NCBI RefSeq assembly: GCF_018350175.1
Contig: NC_058368.1
Span: 80,168,001-80,232,000 of the forward strand
DNA length: 64,000 nucleotides
Source of the DNA: Felis catus
Taxonomy: Eukaryota
Direction of reading: 5' to 3'
Of the stretch, positions 52,288-64,000 are shown piece by piece. Below the pieces are notes generated by a model. It was not told the DNA's origin, did not search any database, and saw nothing but the letters and a program-made list of their open reading frames with translations. Numbering within the stretch: the first letter of the stretch is position 1; the number at the start of each line of letters is the position of its first letter. The translations under genes were made by a program, and so were the position numbers.

Positions 52288-52434
52288 GTGCCCCCGGTTC
52301 GGTGGGATCCCCTGGGATTGTGGGAATCCCCCAGAAGATCACCGTCCAGCCAGGGCCAGTGGGTCCACACGGAAGGAGAGGCCCCCCGGGGGCACAGGGA
52401 GAGATGGGGCCCCAGGGCCCCCCAGGAGAGCCAG
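52288..52434 (+). CDS. COL4A2: COL4A2 exon ~44 (147 nt) GAPGSVG...[10 protein letters not shown]...GEP
   Basis: ttccag| ... CCAG|gtagga. Confidence 0.95.
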
Positions 52435-52541
52435 GTAGGAGCCCTGCCGGAGAGCCGCCAGGGAAACGCCTTTTCCTGCTCGCGTTCTTCTCGCTTGGGT
52501 TTCCTCCCCGGGAAGCCTGTGTTGAGCGTCAGTGACACTGA

Positions 52542-52712
<171 letters not shown>

Positions 52713-53783
52713 TGACGGACAGAAAGGGGGCAGAGGGCAGGGGGTTTCTTCCAGGTCCACTGAGGGTCTGACCAGTGTCCTGTGGTGCGTGGGGAGGGAT
52801 GAGCCAGCACCCAGACGAGCAGAAAGACGCTGCCCCTCACCCAGGCTGTGGCGCTCGGTAACAACACCTGTGCCCATGAGGGCACCCGGTCCAGAGTCCC
52901 CAGACAGACCGGCCCCCTTCCTTCCACTGACACGTCCGCAGGTGGCTTGGAGAAGGAGCCAATCAACACACTTCCAGAAATGGCCTTTGTAATGATCTCA
53001 AAGGTCTGGGCCAGTGAGCTGAAGGAAAGCAATTGTGTTAGTGGCAGCCATCGTAAAGTCTGGTGTCACTGATTTCTTAAAATGATCTGTACGTACGCAG
53101 GGCGGGATAGGCCAGAAATACCAGCAATTTGTGCACAAAGAAGTAGGTTTGTTTCAGTCCCCCCTGAGCTCACTCGGAAACAGTGGTAGGAGTGAGTCAC
53201 ATTCAACTGGGGTGCACGACCGGTGTCCCCATCACAGGAGCGTGCAGTCCGCTGTCCTGCGCACGGACCCACCCACGGCCAGGAGGTTGCGGGCTCCGTG
53301 GGGGATGTATGTCCAGGGACACACGTGGGCAGAGGGGAATCATCCAGGCTGGGAGACCAAGCAGCAGAGGTGGAGGGGACATCCTGTGAGGAACAAGTGA
53401 CGAGTGGAAGTGTCCCTTGGGGGGAGGGGCGGGGAGCAAGGCAGGATCAGCACGGACAGCTGATTCCCAGTGTTTGAGGGGTCGTCTTGTTGGAGGCACA
53501 GTAGATGTTCCTCTATGCTCCAGGGGCGGACTCGAGCCCTGGGTGGGCATCGTGGGAGGCAGAGTTCTAACCCAGACGTGCCCAGCCACGGGGCTCTTGG
53601 GACAGAGGAGGCCCGTTTGTTGGGTGGGGGTGAGCCGCAGTCCTCTGGGCCCTTCGACTGGCTCCGCACCTGCCCCTCGTTCAGGGCCCTGGCAGGTCCT
53701 CCAAGGGGCACAGCCAGTGAGGGCCAGGCTTCGGGCAGAAAGCGGGCAGCAGCCGCAGAGGCCAAGGTCCGCACAGCAGCTGA

Positions 53784-54128
<345 letters not shown>

Positions 54129-55146
54129 TGAAAATGGCCTTTGAGACCTCCAAAGCTCAGGTCAGGACCACAGAGGCTGCAGCCTGCACAGGCTCAGGGG
54201 TGGCCCCGCCTGCCCTGGAGGCCACTAGAAGCTTCACCCCCAGCTTGGCTTTTCGCCGCAGGCTCTGTAAACGGTCAGGCTGGGGCCGTGAGGGGTTAGA
54301 GGGTCACACAGGGCCCCCAGGAGAACAGATGCTCATTCAAGTAAGCCTGGTTGCCAAAAGGAATTGAAAGGACTTAAAAGCGCACAGGAAGTGCAGCGAG
54401 CACACGTGAAAAGTGGGGGAGGGGCAGGGGTGCCTCCGTCCGAGGGGCCTGTGGTAGGGACAGGGGTGGGGAGTCCCTCAATCTGACCCCGACGCTGTGT
54501 GCACATTCCCGTCTACAGTTTCCACTTCCAAAATAAGTTTAACAGAACACAAAGCGGGACAAACGCACAGGGCCAGGGCCTAAAACGCAGAGCCGGGAGC
54601 AGGGCCTAGGCGGTGGGGCCCACGCTGGGCAGGCTTGGTGGCAGGTGCCCACACGTTGTCCCCAAGCCCAGTAGGCAGCCCATGTGAGCAGGGAAGACTG
54701 TGCAGCTCTAATTCATCCTCTCTGCCCTGAGATAAAGGCAACCTTTGTACCCAGGAGCAGGGGAGTGTTTGGGGTTCGTATGGCCGGAGTTCCTTCGGGG
54801 AGGGTCCCTCAGGGTGCAGGAAGCCAGGCCCTTATCTTGGGTCCCATCAGGGGTTTCTCGGGGCTGGTCTTGAAGACCCCCAAACAACATAGGCCTCAGC
54901 CAGGTGCTAGTTCATGAAGACCCCACTCCATCCAGGGATGTGTGTGAAAACTTCTAGAAGGGCAAGGCTGAAATGGCAGGGCAGACTCCAAAAAAAGGAA
55001 TTGGAAACCGCTAGCTCGGTCCCCTGTGCAGATCTGAGCCCCACCGGGTGGCTGGTGGGCAGGTCCCTGACATGGGGCCTCTGGGACCTGGCCCGGCCTG
55101 GAGGGGCGTCTTCCCAGCCACACTCAGCTGCGACCTCTTTCCACAG

Positions 55147-55433
55147 GGCTGGCGGGCTCCTGCCTGGCTCGGTTCAGCACCATGCCCTTTCTGTACTGCA
55201 ACCCGGGTGACGTGTGCTACTACGCCAGCCGCAACGACAAGTCCTACTGGCTCTCCACCACGGCCCCGCTGCCCATGATGCCGGTGGCCGAGGATGAAAT
55301 CAAGCCCTACATCAGCCGCTGTTCCGTGTGTGAGGCCCCAGCCGTCGCCATAGCGGTACACAGTCAAGATGTCTCCATCCCCCACTGCCCAGCTGGATGG
55401 CGGAGTCTGTGGATTGGATATTCTTTCCTCATG
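55147..55433 (+). CDS. COL4A2: COL4A2 exon ~47 (287 nt), NC1 ([18 protein letters not shown]...GYSFLM)
   Basis: ccacag| ... ATG|gtatgt; conserved NC1 cysteine pattern. Confidence 0.97.
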
Positions 55434-56069
55434 GTATGTGGTACTTGCCCGCTTTCTCTGTCTGAGCATGGAACTGGAAATCTAGTTCCTCTCCCCAACA
55501 CACTCTGCCTCTGTAAGAATAATCACATGGGACAGTTGTTCAGGTTGCACACTGCACAAGGGCATCTGGCCCAGGGGATGAGAGCTGGAATACAGCCTGC
55601 ACTTTTGCCTAAGCGCTTTGCGAACTGAGCCATGTCAGGCATGGGCTGCCCCACCCACAGGGGCCCGTGAATTTGCCATCAGGCCACTGTACGGGCTGCA
55701 ATTAGGATAAACTGGGCCACCATGATAGCAACCCTTACGGTTTTCCTGCTTACTCCACCACTGTAGGGAGAAAGGAGAGGCCAGTGACGACAGTAGGCCT
55801 TGTGTTTATATTCATTATAACTGCCATAAGTCATAAATCATATAAATAACATGTAAGCAATAGGAAAAAGTAAGTATTCATATCTTAATATATTTAGAGG
55901 TATCATTGCTGCAATAATTCGAAGCACAGAATACTAAGTTCTGTGCAAAGACAGGCACCTCCCTACTTTTCAAGAAGCTGATCACGGCCACGTAAGGTGA
56001 CTTTTGAGGACAGAAGAACCCTGTGTGGTTACACGTGCCATCGGGGTGCGTCTGTGTGCATGTGTGCAG

Positions 56070-56071
<2 letters not shown>

Positions 56072-56107
<36 letters not shown>
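56072..56107. repeat. (GT)n microsatellite
   Basis: Directly visible; shorter TG runs at ~8350-8375 and ~23059-23076. Confidence 0.95.
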
Positions 56108-56110
<3 letters not shown>

Positions 56111-57127
56111 TGCGGACTAAAGTCAGAGCCCTTGCCGGCCAGGCTGTTCCCAGCTCTGAGGCTTCCTGCAGGGTGCTTCCTCCTGACCCTGGCCCGACGG
56201 CTCCCTCGAGGTGTCCTTCCAGGGCGGGGCCCTCCCAGGCCGGCCTCCGTTCCTTCACGCCAAGTGGGGCCTGAGGCTCCCTCCCACACCAAACGGACTG
56301 TGGGGCTCTGGGCTGGGGGGGCTCCTGCATTCTGTGAGCGCAAGCCTTTTTCAAAGCTTCTTATGCTTGTGGCTTTGTTTAAAGAGGTTGGCCCGAGTTA
56401 CCTGCCCAGGACGCCCCAGAACAGCCTCCTTTTTTTCCCTCACACTGTGGCTGAGACACATCCCTGTCCCACAAGCCACAGGGACAGTGTGTGTCCCACC
56501 AAGCCTGGCGGCCCATTTCGCTATGAGCTTCGGGCCCCGGTGGTCCCGTGTGTCTTAACAAGAGCTGCCGCACTGTGACACCACGAGCAGGGGACAGAAG
56601 TGAAGACGAGGTCCCCTCTGACGCTTCCCGCCTCCCGGCCAGCAGCCACACGGTCCTCTCAGGTGACCAGCTGCCTAATTAACAACCCTCTGATTGAAAA
56701 AACACTCATTACACAAGTAGTACCTGTTGGTTATCAAGACACCAGCAAGTGGAGATTTCCAGAACCACTCCCAGTCTCTCTCCAGAAGAGCAAGTGAGGA
56801 GGAGCTGTCGAGGCCACTTTCTTTCTGCCTTATTTTTACCTTACCAGCCTCACATGTGCCCTGCATGTTGACTTTAGTTTTCCTTTGAAAAAAGAATGCC
56901 ACACGTTGGCATCTGTCCTGCCAGGTGAACACACTTCATCCTTTGAGTAGATGATTCGGGAGACGGTGTTTTTCCCCAAGACGAAGTCAGCCACGTGTGC
57001 CGGTTATAACCTGCTTCTGCTCTGGGCTTCCCTTGAGCTCAGACGGTGCGCGTGGGCTCACGTCCCTGTCCCTGCACCGTGCCTGGTGCGTGGGCCACGC
57101 TGGTTTATTGCAGGCGGTCTGTATTGA

Positions 57128-57499
<372 letters not shown>

Positions 57500-57563
57500 C
57501 GTGCGGGGGGCCGCGCCCCGCACGCGCTTCTCGGGGGGCTACACTCGGCCGGGGGGGCCACCT

Positions 57564-57570
57564 TGGTGCT
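57564..57570 (+). promoter_or_regulatory. miR-29 family 7mer-m8 seed match (TGGTGCT) in the COL4A2 3'UTR
   Basis: Complement of the miR-29 seed AGCACCA; miR-29 is an established repressor of collagen mRNAs. Confidence 0.65.
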
Positions 57571-58269
57571 CACTCTTAACTTATTACCTCACACGCCGCC
57601 CCCAAAACCGATCTCATCCTCTCTTTCAAACTCTGACGGAAAGGCTGCCAAAGGAATTGAGCGCCAGCGCTCACACCAAACAGCCCGTGGGCACCCGCAG
57701 GGGCTTCGGCACTGGCGACACCTGCCTCCCAACAGAACGGTCACCCGCCCGGGCACCCCCATCAGGCCGTGCCACAGTGCTCTGCACCAGGTGCACCTGA
57801 TGTCTCCACACGTGCCCTTAGAGTCACTGCGCTTCCAGACCCCGCAGACGACCCGCATTGTTGAACCCACCTAATGGGGTGGTGTCGATAAGCGAAGCGT
57901 GTCGCCAAGGGCTCCTGAACCCCTCGTGCGGCTCCCACCCGCGGGTATCCGGGCCTCCGTGCTGGCAGCTCTGTTTCCTCCCAAAGACCCAGGATGTGCC
58001 TCTTAACCCCTCAGGAAGGCCAGGTGTGCCTTTTAAGACTTTGATGGTCCCACATGAGCTCTCTTCTGTCCCCCCCCCCCCCCCCCCCCGCCCCGCCGCG
58101 TCTTCACAGACCATCGGGAGACCTCTTAGCCACCTGTTGTCAGCCACGCCGTGTGGCACACTGTAGTCAGAAGTGATGTGTCTACTGCCCCAGGTGGCCC
58201 CGGGGACTTACCCTCCATTCTTGGTGACTCATACTCCTATGACATATCTAACCTCTGTAACAAACACAC

Positions 58270-58275
58270 AATAAA
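58270..58275 (+). terminator. COL4A2 polyadenylation signal AATAAA
   Basis: First AATAAA after the stop codon (~770 nt downstream), followed by U/GU-rich sequence. Confidence 0.8.
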
Positions 58276-58647
58276 AGTTGGTTTTGAGCTTTTTATACCC
58301 CAAGGTGTTGACGGCCTTCATTCTCCCACGTCTGTCAAGCACAGTTTGCTGCACGAACCCCACACACCCGCCACGCCCCTCCCCAGGTCTGTGGTGTGGC
58401 TTGTCAGGGAGGCATTTGTGTTTGCAGTGTGTTAGGGCCCACAGGAAACACCCCAGCCACGACTCACGGGGCTTAAGAGAACGGGCGCCTCACAAACACA
58501 CTTCCCAAGTCATCTGGTTAGTTCTGACAGAACGTCCCAGGTCAGATCTCTGTATTTCCAAGAAACCCCCAAGACACATCTCTGGAACCTGGCAGGCCTC
58601 TGGGAGCCCAGGCCAGAATTTATTTCCAGCCTTTAAAATGCAGTCCT

Positions 58648-58838
58648 GGGGCACCAGCTGGCTCAGTCAGCCAAGTGTCCGACCTCAGCTCAGGTCACGA
58701 TCTCATAGTTCGAGCCCCGCGTCAGACTCTGTGCTGACAGCCCAGAGCCTGGAGCCGCTTTGGCTTCTCTTTCTCTCACTGCCCCTCTCCCACTCTCATT
58801 CTGTGTGTCTCTCCCTCAAAAATTAAAAAAAAAAAAAT
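58648..58838 (+). mobile_element. Can-SINE
   Basis: TSD aaaatgcagtc. Confidence 0.88.
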
Positions 58839-58857
58839 TAAAATGCAGTCTCATATT

Positions 58858-59060
58858 GGGGCACCTGGGTGGCTCAGTCAGCTAAGGGTCTGATTCTTGC
58901 TTTCAGCTCAGGTCATGGTCTCATGGTTTTGTGAGTTCAAGCCCCACGTCAGGCTCTTCATAACAGTCTGGAGCCTGCTTGGGATTCTCTCTCTCTCTCT
59001 GTTCCTCCCCCACTCACACCGTCTCTGTCCCTCTCAAAAATAAACTTAAAAAAAAATTAT
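58858..59060 (+). mobile_element. Can-SINE
   Basis: TSD aaaatgca(g/a)tctcat. Confidence 0.9.
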
Positions 59061-59083
59061 AGAAAATGCAATCTCATGCTAAA

Positions 59084-59198
59084 TTTTTAAAAAAGATTTC
59101 ATTTATTTTTAAGTAACCTCTACCCCTGATGTGAGGCTCAAACTACTGACCCGAGATCAAGAATTGAACACTCCTCCAACTGAGCCAGTCAAGCACCT
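59084..59198 (-). mobile_element. Old short Can-SINE
   Basis: aaagatttcatttattttt...gagatcaag...actgagccagtcaagcacc. Confidence 0.7.
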
Positions 59199-60190
59199 CA
59201 TATTAAACGTTTCTAGGAACTGTTTCCACGTAACTAAACGAGTATTCCGCATGATACTGTCATTCGAAATAGTTGAGCAACCACCCTGCACTGTCCCCCA
59301 GCAGCTGACGGGGACAAGGACTCTGCCCAGGAGGGTTTTTGGGGACACGAGTCCCAATCAGAGGATGGAGGGGGCCTGGCAGAGTGACTCCAGCAGAGGA
59401 TGCGGTACTGAGGGCTCTGTCCTGCAGGGACCCCCCAGGAAGGCCACGGGAGGAGCCTCAGGCTGTGCAGCAGAGGCATGGAAAAGGGACATTTCCCTCC
59501 GCCAGCTCTCGCCCCAGGGGGTCATGGGCTGCCCACTCCCCCAGATCCCTGGCTCTCCCGTGTGTGCGGGGCTGAGCGGCGTCCCAGGTAGACGCGGCAG
59601 AGAAGCAGTGGAGCTGACGTGGGTGCTATGTCCTACACCTGCTCACAGATGGTTTCCATGGCAACAGTCACAGCATCCCCACGGGATGTGAGGCTGTGAG
59701 GCCAGGGCCTGAAAGCGGCCCACACGGCGCCCCCTGTGGGAGGCAGCTGTTCATTCCAGACTCCGGTCGCCAGGATCAGGGGGCGGCTGTGAAGTGCGTC
59801 ACAGTCCCCAAGATCCCTGCTCGACTCGGCTTAGGTGTGATGCCATGAAGGACGGGGCGCTGGGCACCAGCATCCTCCCTGGTGGGACACACTCCCCGGG
59901 GGCCCCTGATGCCCGCCCTGCCTGAAGGCTGACTCTTGGCGGGGGCTTGCCAAACAGACGGACTTACGGGAGGCTGGTCTCCATCCCACAGCTCAGGTTC
60001 AAGAGCACAGGGTGGCTGGACGGAGGTCATGTGATGATGTAAATCGGCCCTGAAATTGTAGCTGCTTCCACAGAGGCCGTTTGGTCACAGGGGTCAGGGT
60101 CTGGCTTCCCTGTGGTGGGAGTGGGGGGTTCCCATGCTCTTCCTGGAGCTGACTTATCCCTACTTCTATGCTTAGAAAAAAACGAATGTT

Positions 60191-60412
60191 GGGGCGCCTG
60201 GCGGGGCTCAGTTGGCTGAGCGTCCAACTTCAGCTCAGGCCATGATCTCGCGGTTCCTGAGTTCAAGCCCCGCGTGGGGCTCTGTGCTGACAGCTCAGAG
60301 CCTGGAGGCTGCTTCAGATTCTGTGTCTCCCTTTCTCTCTCTCTCTCTCTCTCTCTGCCCCTCCCCTCCTCTCTCAAAGTAAATAAACATAAAAAAGAAG
60401 AAAAGAAAAAAT
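60191..60412 (+). mobile_element. Can-SINE
   Basis: Head, CT region, A tail. Confidence 0.92.
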
Positions 60413-62102
60413 AAGTGATCCCTGCAGAGTTCCTGGAAAGGGGATTTTCGTGTCCGGATTTGAGGACACTGTTTGGGGGTCTTCCTGCCCCCCCTCCCTG
60501 CCCAGGGGACAGGAACCCACCCACCCACACCCACACACACATAAACATGTGAGGCATGAACATGTGAGCGAGGCCACCAGAGGGCAAGGCTGTGGGAGGA
60601 GGGGGAAGTGCCCCTGGAGACGCACACTGTCCTGGGTGGGGGGGAGGGGGCGTCCTCCCCGGGCCAGGCTGCCCCGCTCACCTCGCCCCGGACGCATCAG
60701 CCCCAGGACTGCTGTGAGGCCTCCGTGGCTTTTCCCAGGGAAACAAGCAGGTGGGGGCATACAACAGGCGCACCTCGTCTCGGGCAGCAGGTAGACCACG
60801 GAACCCACCTCGGGGGAGAGGACGCGGCAGCTCCCGGAACCAGGCGCCTGAAGCCGAGGGCCGGTCTGCAGGGAAGCTGGGCGCCAGAGGCAAAGGTGTG
60901 GCTTCCAGACGCGGCAGGTGGCTCTGATTCCACCAGGCTTGAAAATGACGGTCGCACCTTTAAGAACCCGGCCCGGCTGCCTGGGGAAAGGGGGGAGCAG
61001 GGCTCACGACCCAGACCCAGATGACATTCCCCAACCATCCCTGACGCAGCTGCCTCGCTCGGCCCCTCGGGCACCAGGAAATATCCACCCAGGAAATGTC
61101 GAGAAAAAGGTTTTCCCCCGTGGGAGGACACAGGGAGCCCTGGGTGAAAGCCTGACGCGGTGACTCGGAGACCAGGCACAGTGGGAGGTCACAGGGCTGT
61201 CCGTGGCCTCCCTGCCCCCCAGCAGCCGTATTTGTGCAAAAGAGAAGAAGGAACGTTCGAGCTTGCCAGCTCAAACCCACACCCAGCCGAGAAACCCCCT
61301 TTCTTTCCACCAGCTGGCTCCTCCACACCCACCTGAGCCGCCTGAAGCCTCCCCAGGGCCTACCTGGCTCCCCGGGTGGGAACTGGGCCCACATGGTCAG
61401 ACTGAAAACCTGTGAGCAGGTTCGGACCCCAGAACTGGGTCAGTGTCCCAAACCTACTTGGGACAGAGCCCAGCGTGAAGCGTATTTTTAGGGCAACAAC
61501 CAAGGCTGAAATTATACGCGTGGCTGGCGGAGAACGTGCCATCCCAGGCAATCCCCCAGGAAGCGTGGCCATTCGGGGACACGAGCTGGGGGTGCTCAGA
61601 GCAGATGAGCACACGCAAGGAACATTCAGGGGGACAGGTCCCTGGGGACTCAGCCGGCCCCGCCTTCCAGCAAGAACCAGAGACGGTTTCACGGGACGCC
61701 GCGTCCATGGCCTTTGGAGACAAATTCCAGGGCCCCCTGGATGGTGGCAGGTGTATCTACCAAAGATACAATTCGACCAAGCTGATGATGCGTTGATTCA
61801 TCTTCAGAGTCCAGTGAGCCCCGCTGTGGGATGGGAGGCAGGCCTCAGGATGGGTTTCAGTAACAGGCGTCCCCCCTGGGGAGCCCCAGGCAGAGGCAGG
61901 GGGCTGTGCCTCGTTTCGTCCCGCAGGTCAGCTGGTGCACACCCCGGAAAAGGCGGCACACGGGAGCAGAGGAGGCCGGCCTGGAGGCCCCCACGCCAGT
62001 CGTGGGCACTGAACACAATTACCGCACGCCTCCCCGCACCCTCCGGAAGTAACGACTCACGAAACACCCTGCTTTCAGGCTGGCCTCTGCCTCTCTGCAT
62101 TC

Positions 62103-62415
62103 CGCTATGGACCGAATGCTTGCTTCCCCCAAGACGCAGATGTTGAAGCCCAGACCCCGCCCCTCCCCGTGTGACAGCCTTTGGAGGTCTGGGGGTGGGG
62201 TCCTCATGATGGGATCAGTGCCCTTACGAGGAAAGAGAGACCGGAGCTTGCTCCTTCCACCATATGAGGACACAGTGAGAAGGTGCGGTCTGCAAGGCAG
62301 GAAGGGGCCCAACCAGAAATCGGATCTGGCCCCCCCACCCGGACCTCTGGCATCCAGCCCCCACGGCTGCGAGAGGTTAAGGGTCTGCGACGAGCGGCCC
62401 CAGCTGGCTGAGATA
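62103..62415 (+). mobile_element. MaLR LTR (MLT1A/MST-like)
   Basis: gctatggaccgaatg...gatgttgaagccc...cctcatgatgggatcagtgccctta...tgaggacacagtgagaagg. Confidence 0.7.
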
Positions 62416-62424
62416 CTCCCACTG

Positions 62425-62599
62425 TTTTTTTAAGTTAATTTATTTATTTTGAGAAAGGGAGAGACAGAGAGAAAATCGCAAGCAGGCTCCGCGTCACCAG
62501 CATAGAGCCCGACTCCGGGTTTGAACCCACGAATCATGAGATCATGACCCGAGCCGAAGTCAAGTCAGACGGTTAACCGACTAAGCCACCCAGGCGCCC
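62425..62599 (-). mobile_element. Can-SINE
   Basis: T tail, GA block, reverse head. Confidence 0.9.
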
Positions 62600-62721
62600 T
62601 GAAAGACAAGTACCTTAAGCTCACAGCCACCTCCCAGGATCCCCGGCAAGGGGTCCACCAGCAGTGAAAATAAAGTCTAAATCAACACAGACTCCACACC
62701 AAGGGTCTTCCTATAATCCTT

Positions 62722-62727
62722 TTTAAT
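62722..62727 (-). terminator. Probable RAB20 polyadenylation signal ATTAAA
   Basis: TTTAAT on +, ~490 nt past the stop; GU-rich downstream element on - (gtgtggagtctgtgttg). Confidence 0.65.
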
Positions 62728-63216
62728 AATACGCACACTCATACGGCTGCACCCACGTCGAAGCTGGGATTCCTGATTGCGTAGAAGCTAACATGTCCAG
62801 AATCATCGTGATACCTCAGGACACAAGTACCAAATGGTAGGACCCAGGAGGCACCGATGTCTGAGAACAACATAAGAGTGGTGCAGGGGCCACGCCGGGT
62901 GCCCTCCAAAGCCCGGCCACGGCCTCTGGCAAGGCCGGGTTGTTAGGGAAGAGGCAGCAGGGGACAGCGGTCTCTGGGCGTCTCAGCTCAGAAGAGTAGT
63001 TTCTGCAGGGGATTCACTTGTCCCCCACCTCCCGGCACAGTGACACAGACCGAGGGACCGTTCCCAGCGGCCGCAAAACCACCAGCTGGCGTTGGCCCCG
63101 GGACCTCCTCCTGGTGTGCGGCCCCACTAAGGAACACGCTGGGCTCCACCCGCCCTCCGACCGCGCTGGTCATCCCCTGGCCGATCGTGTACCCCGGGGC
63201 TCGGCGCCCCCATGCA

Positions 63217-63749
63217 TCAGGCACAGCACCCAGATGGAGTCTGTCCGGGCGTCTTATAACTGGTGATGTCCACGGTCTGCGGCGGCCCCTGGGCTCTCTG
63301 CCGCGAGATCACAGGCACCACCAGGTCGAACAAGGTTTCAAACAGCAGGTCCACGTTGTGCCCGGTTTTCGCACTGGTCTCAAAGCACATCTGCTCAGCG
63401 GCCGGCACATCCTTCTCGTCCAGCATCTTGTACTTCAGGATCTTTCTATACAACGCCGCCGCGTCCTCTGGCTGCACCTGCCTGGGCGCTTTGGGCGCTC
63501 CGCCGCCACGCCCAGCCACCCCAGGGCCCCGCCCGTCCTTCCGCTGGTCCTCTGCAGCCGGCTCCTCGACGAGGTCCACCTTGTTCCCCACGATGGCAAA
63601 GAGGCAGTCAGTGCTGGCTGTGTCCGTCAGGCCCAGGAACCTGTCCTCCAGCTCCAGCAGACTCTGCGGGTGGTTGACGTCGTAGATGAGGATGACCGCG
63701 GTCGCTCCCCGGCAGTACATGGAACCCAGGCCGTGGAACTGCTCCCGCC
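63217..63749 (-). CDS. RAB20: RAB20 last coding exon (533 nt), Rab GTPase C-terminal part
   Basis: Acceptor ccag|G-GREQFHGLGSMYCRG (switch II), NKVD (G4), ETSAK (G5), insert between G4 and G5, C-terminal GCCA* prenylation motif; convergent with COL4A2. Confidence 0.96.
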
Positions 63750-63899
63750 CTGGCCGGAAGAGGAAAAGAGACATGCAGGTTATCTCTCGTCCGAGGTCGG
63801 CAACCCCAGAGGGACGATGGAGCCGTACCCCGAATGCAGGTGTGGCTGGAGCTGGGCCTGATCAAGACACTGGCATGCACAAAAAAGTGAGCATCCCTA

Positions 63900-64000
63900 G
63901 GGGCGCCCGGGTGGCTCAGTCGGTTGAGCATCCGACCTCGGCTCAGGTCAGGATCTCGCGATTCGTGAGTTCGAGCCCTGCCTCAGGCTCTGTGCTGATG
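63900..64000 (+). mobile_element. Can-SINE, cut off by the window end, in the RAB20 intron
   Basis: gggcgcccgggtggctcagtcggttgagc head. Confidence 0.9.

Noticed and set aside
59131..62146. Intergenic ORFs of 186 and 244 aa
   Set aside because: No recognisable domains or splice structure; expected by chance in GC-rich DNA and partly repeat-derived
63040..63861. 273-aa plus-strand ORF
   Set aside because: Antisense to the RAB20 coding exon

Overview
Mammalian genomic DNA, most likely a felid judging by the many feliform-type Can-SINEs. It is not prokaryotic. The + strand carries the 3' part of COL4A2 (collagen IV alpha-2 chain). I can trace 35 GT-AG-bounded coding exons from 105 to the TGA at 57499. 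They total 4314 nt in one continuous frame: a Gly-X-Y helix with interruptions, then the NC1/canstatin domain. Exon numbers 14-48 follow the human gene as recalled from memory. The 3'UTR has a miR-29 seed site, a C20 tract and AATAAA at 58270. The last coding exon of RAB20 lies convergently on the - strand (63217-63749). Introns hold about 26 Can-SINEs and fragments of L1, L2, MIR, MER5A and MLT1 elements, plus micro- and minisatellites. Nearly all ORFs in the supplied track are spurious or antisense shadows of collagen exons. I found no evidence of a novel biological system. The best second-look items are small structural oddities: a minisatellite with a distant inverted copy, a hairpin-unit tandem repeat, repeated SINE-on-SINE insertions, inverted SINE pairs around exons, and atypical or cryptic splice sites.
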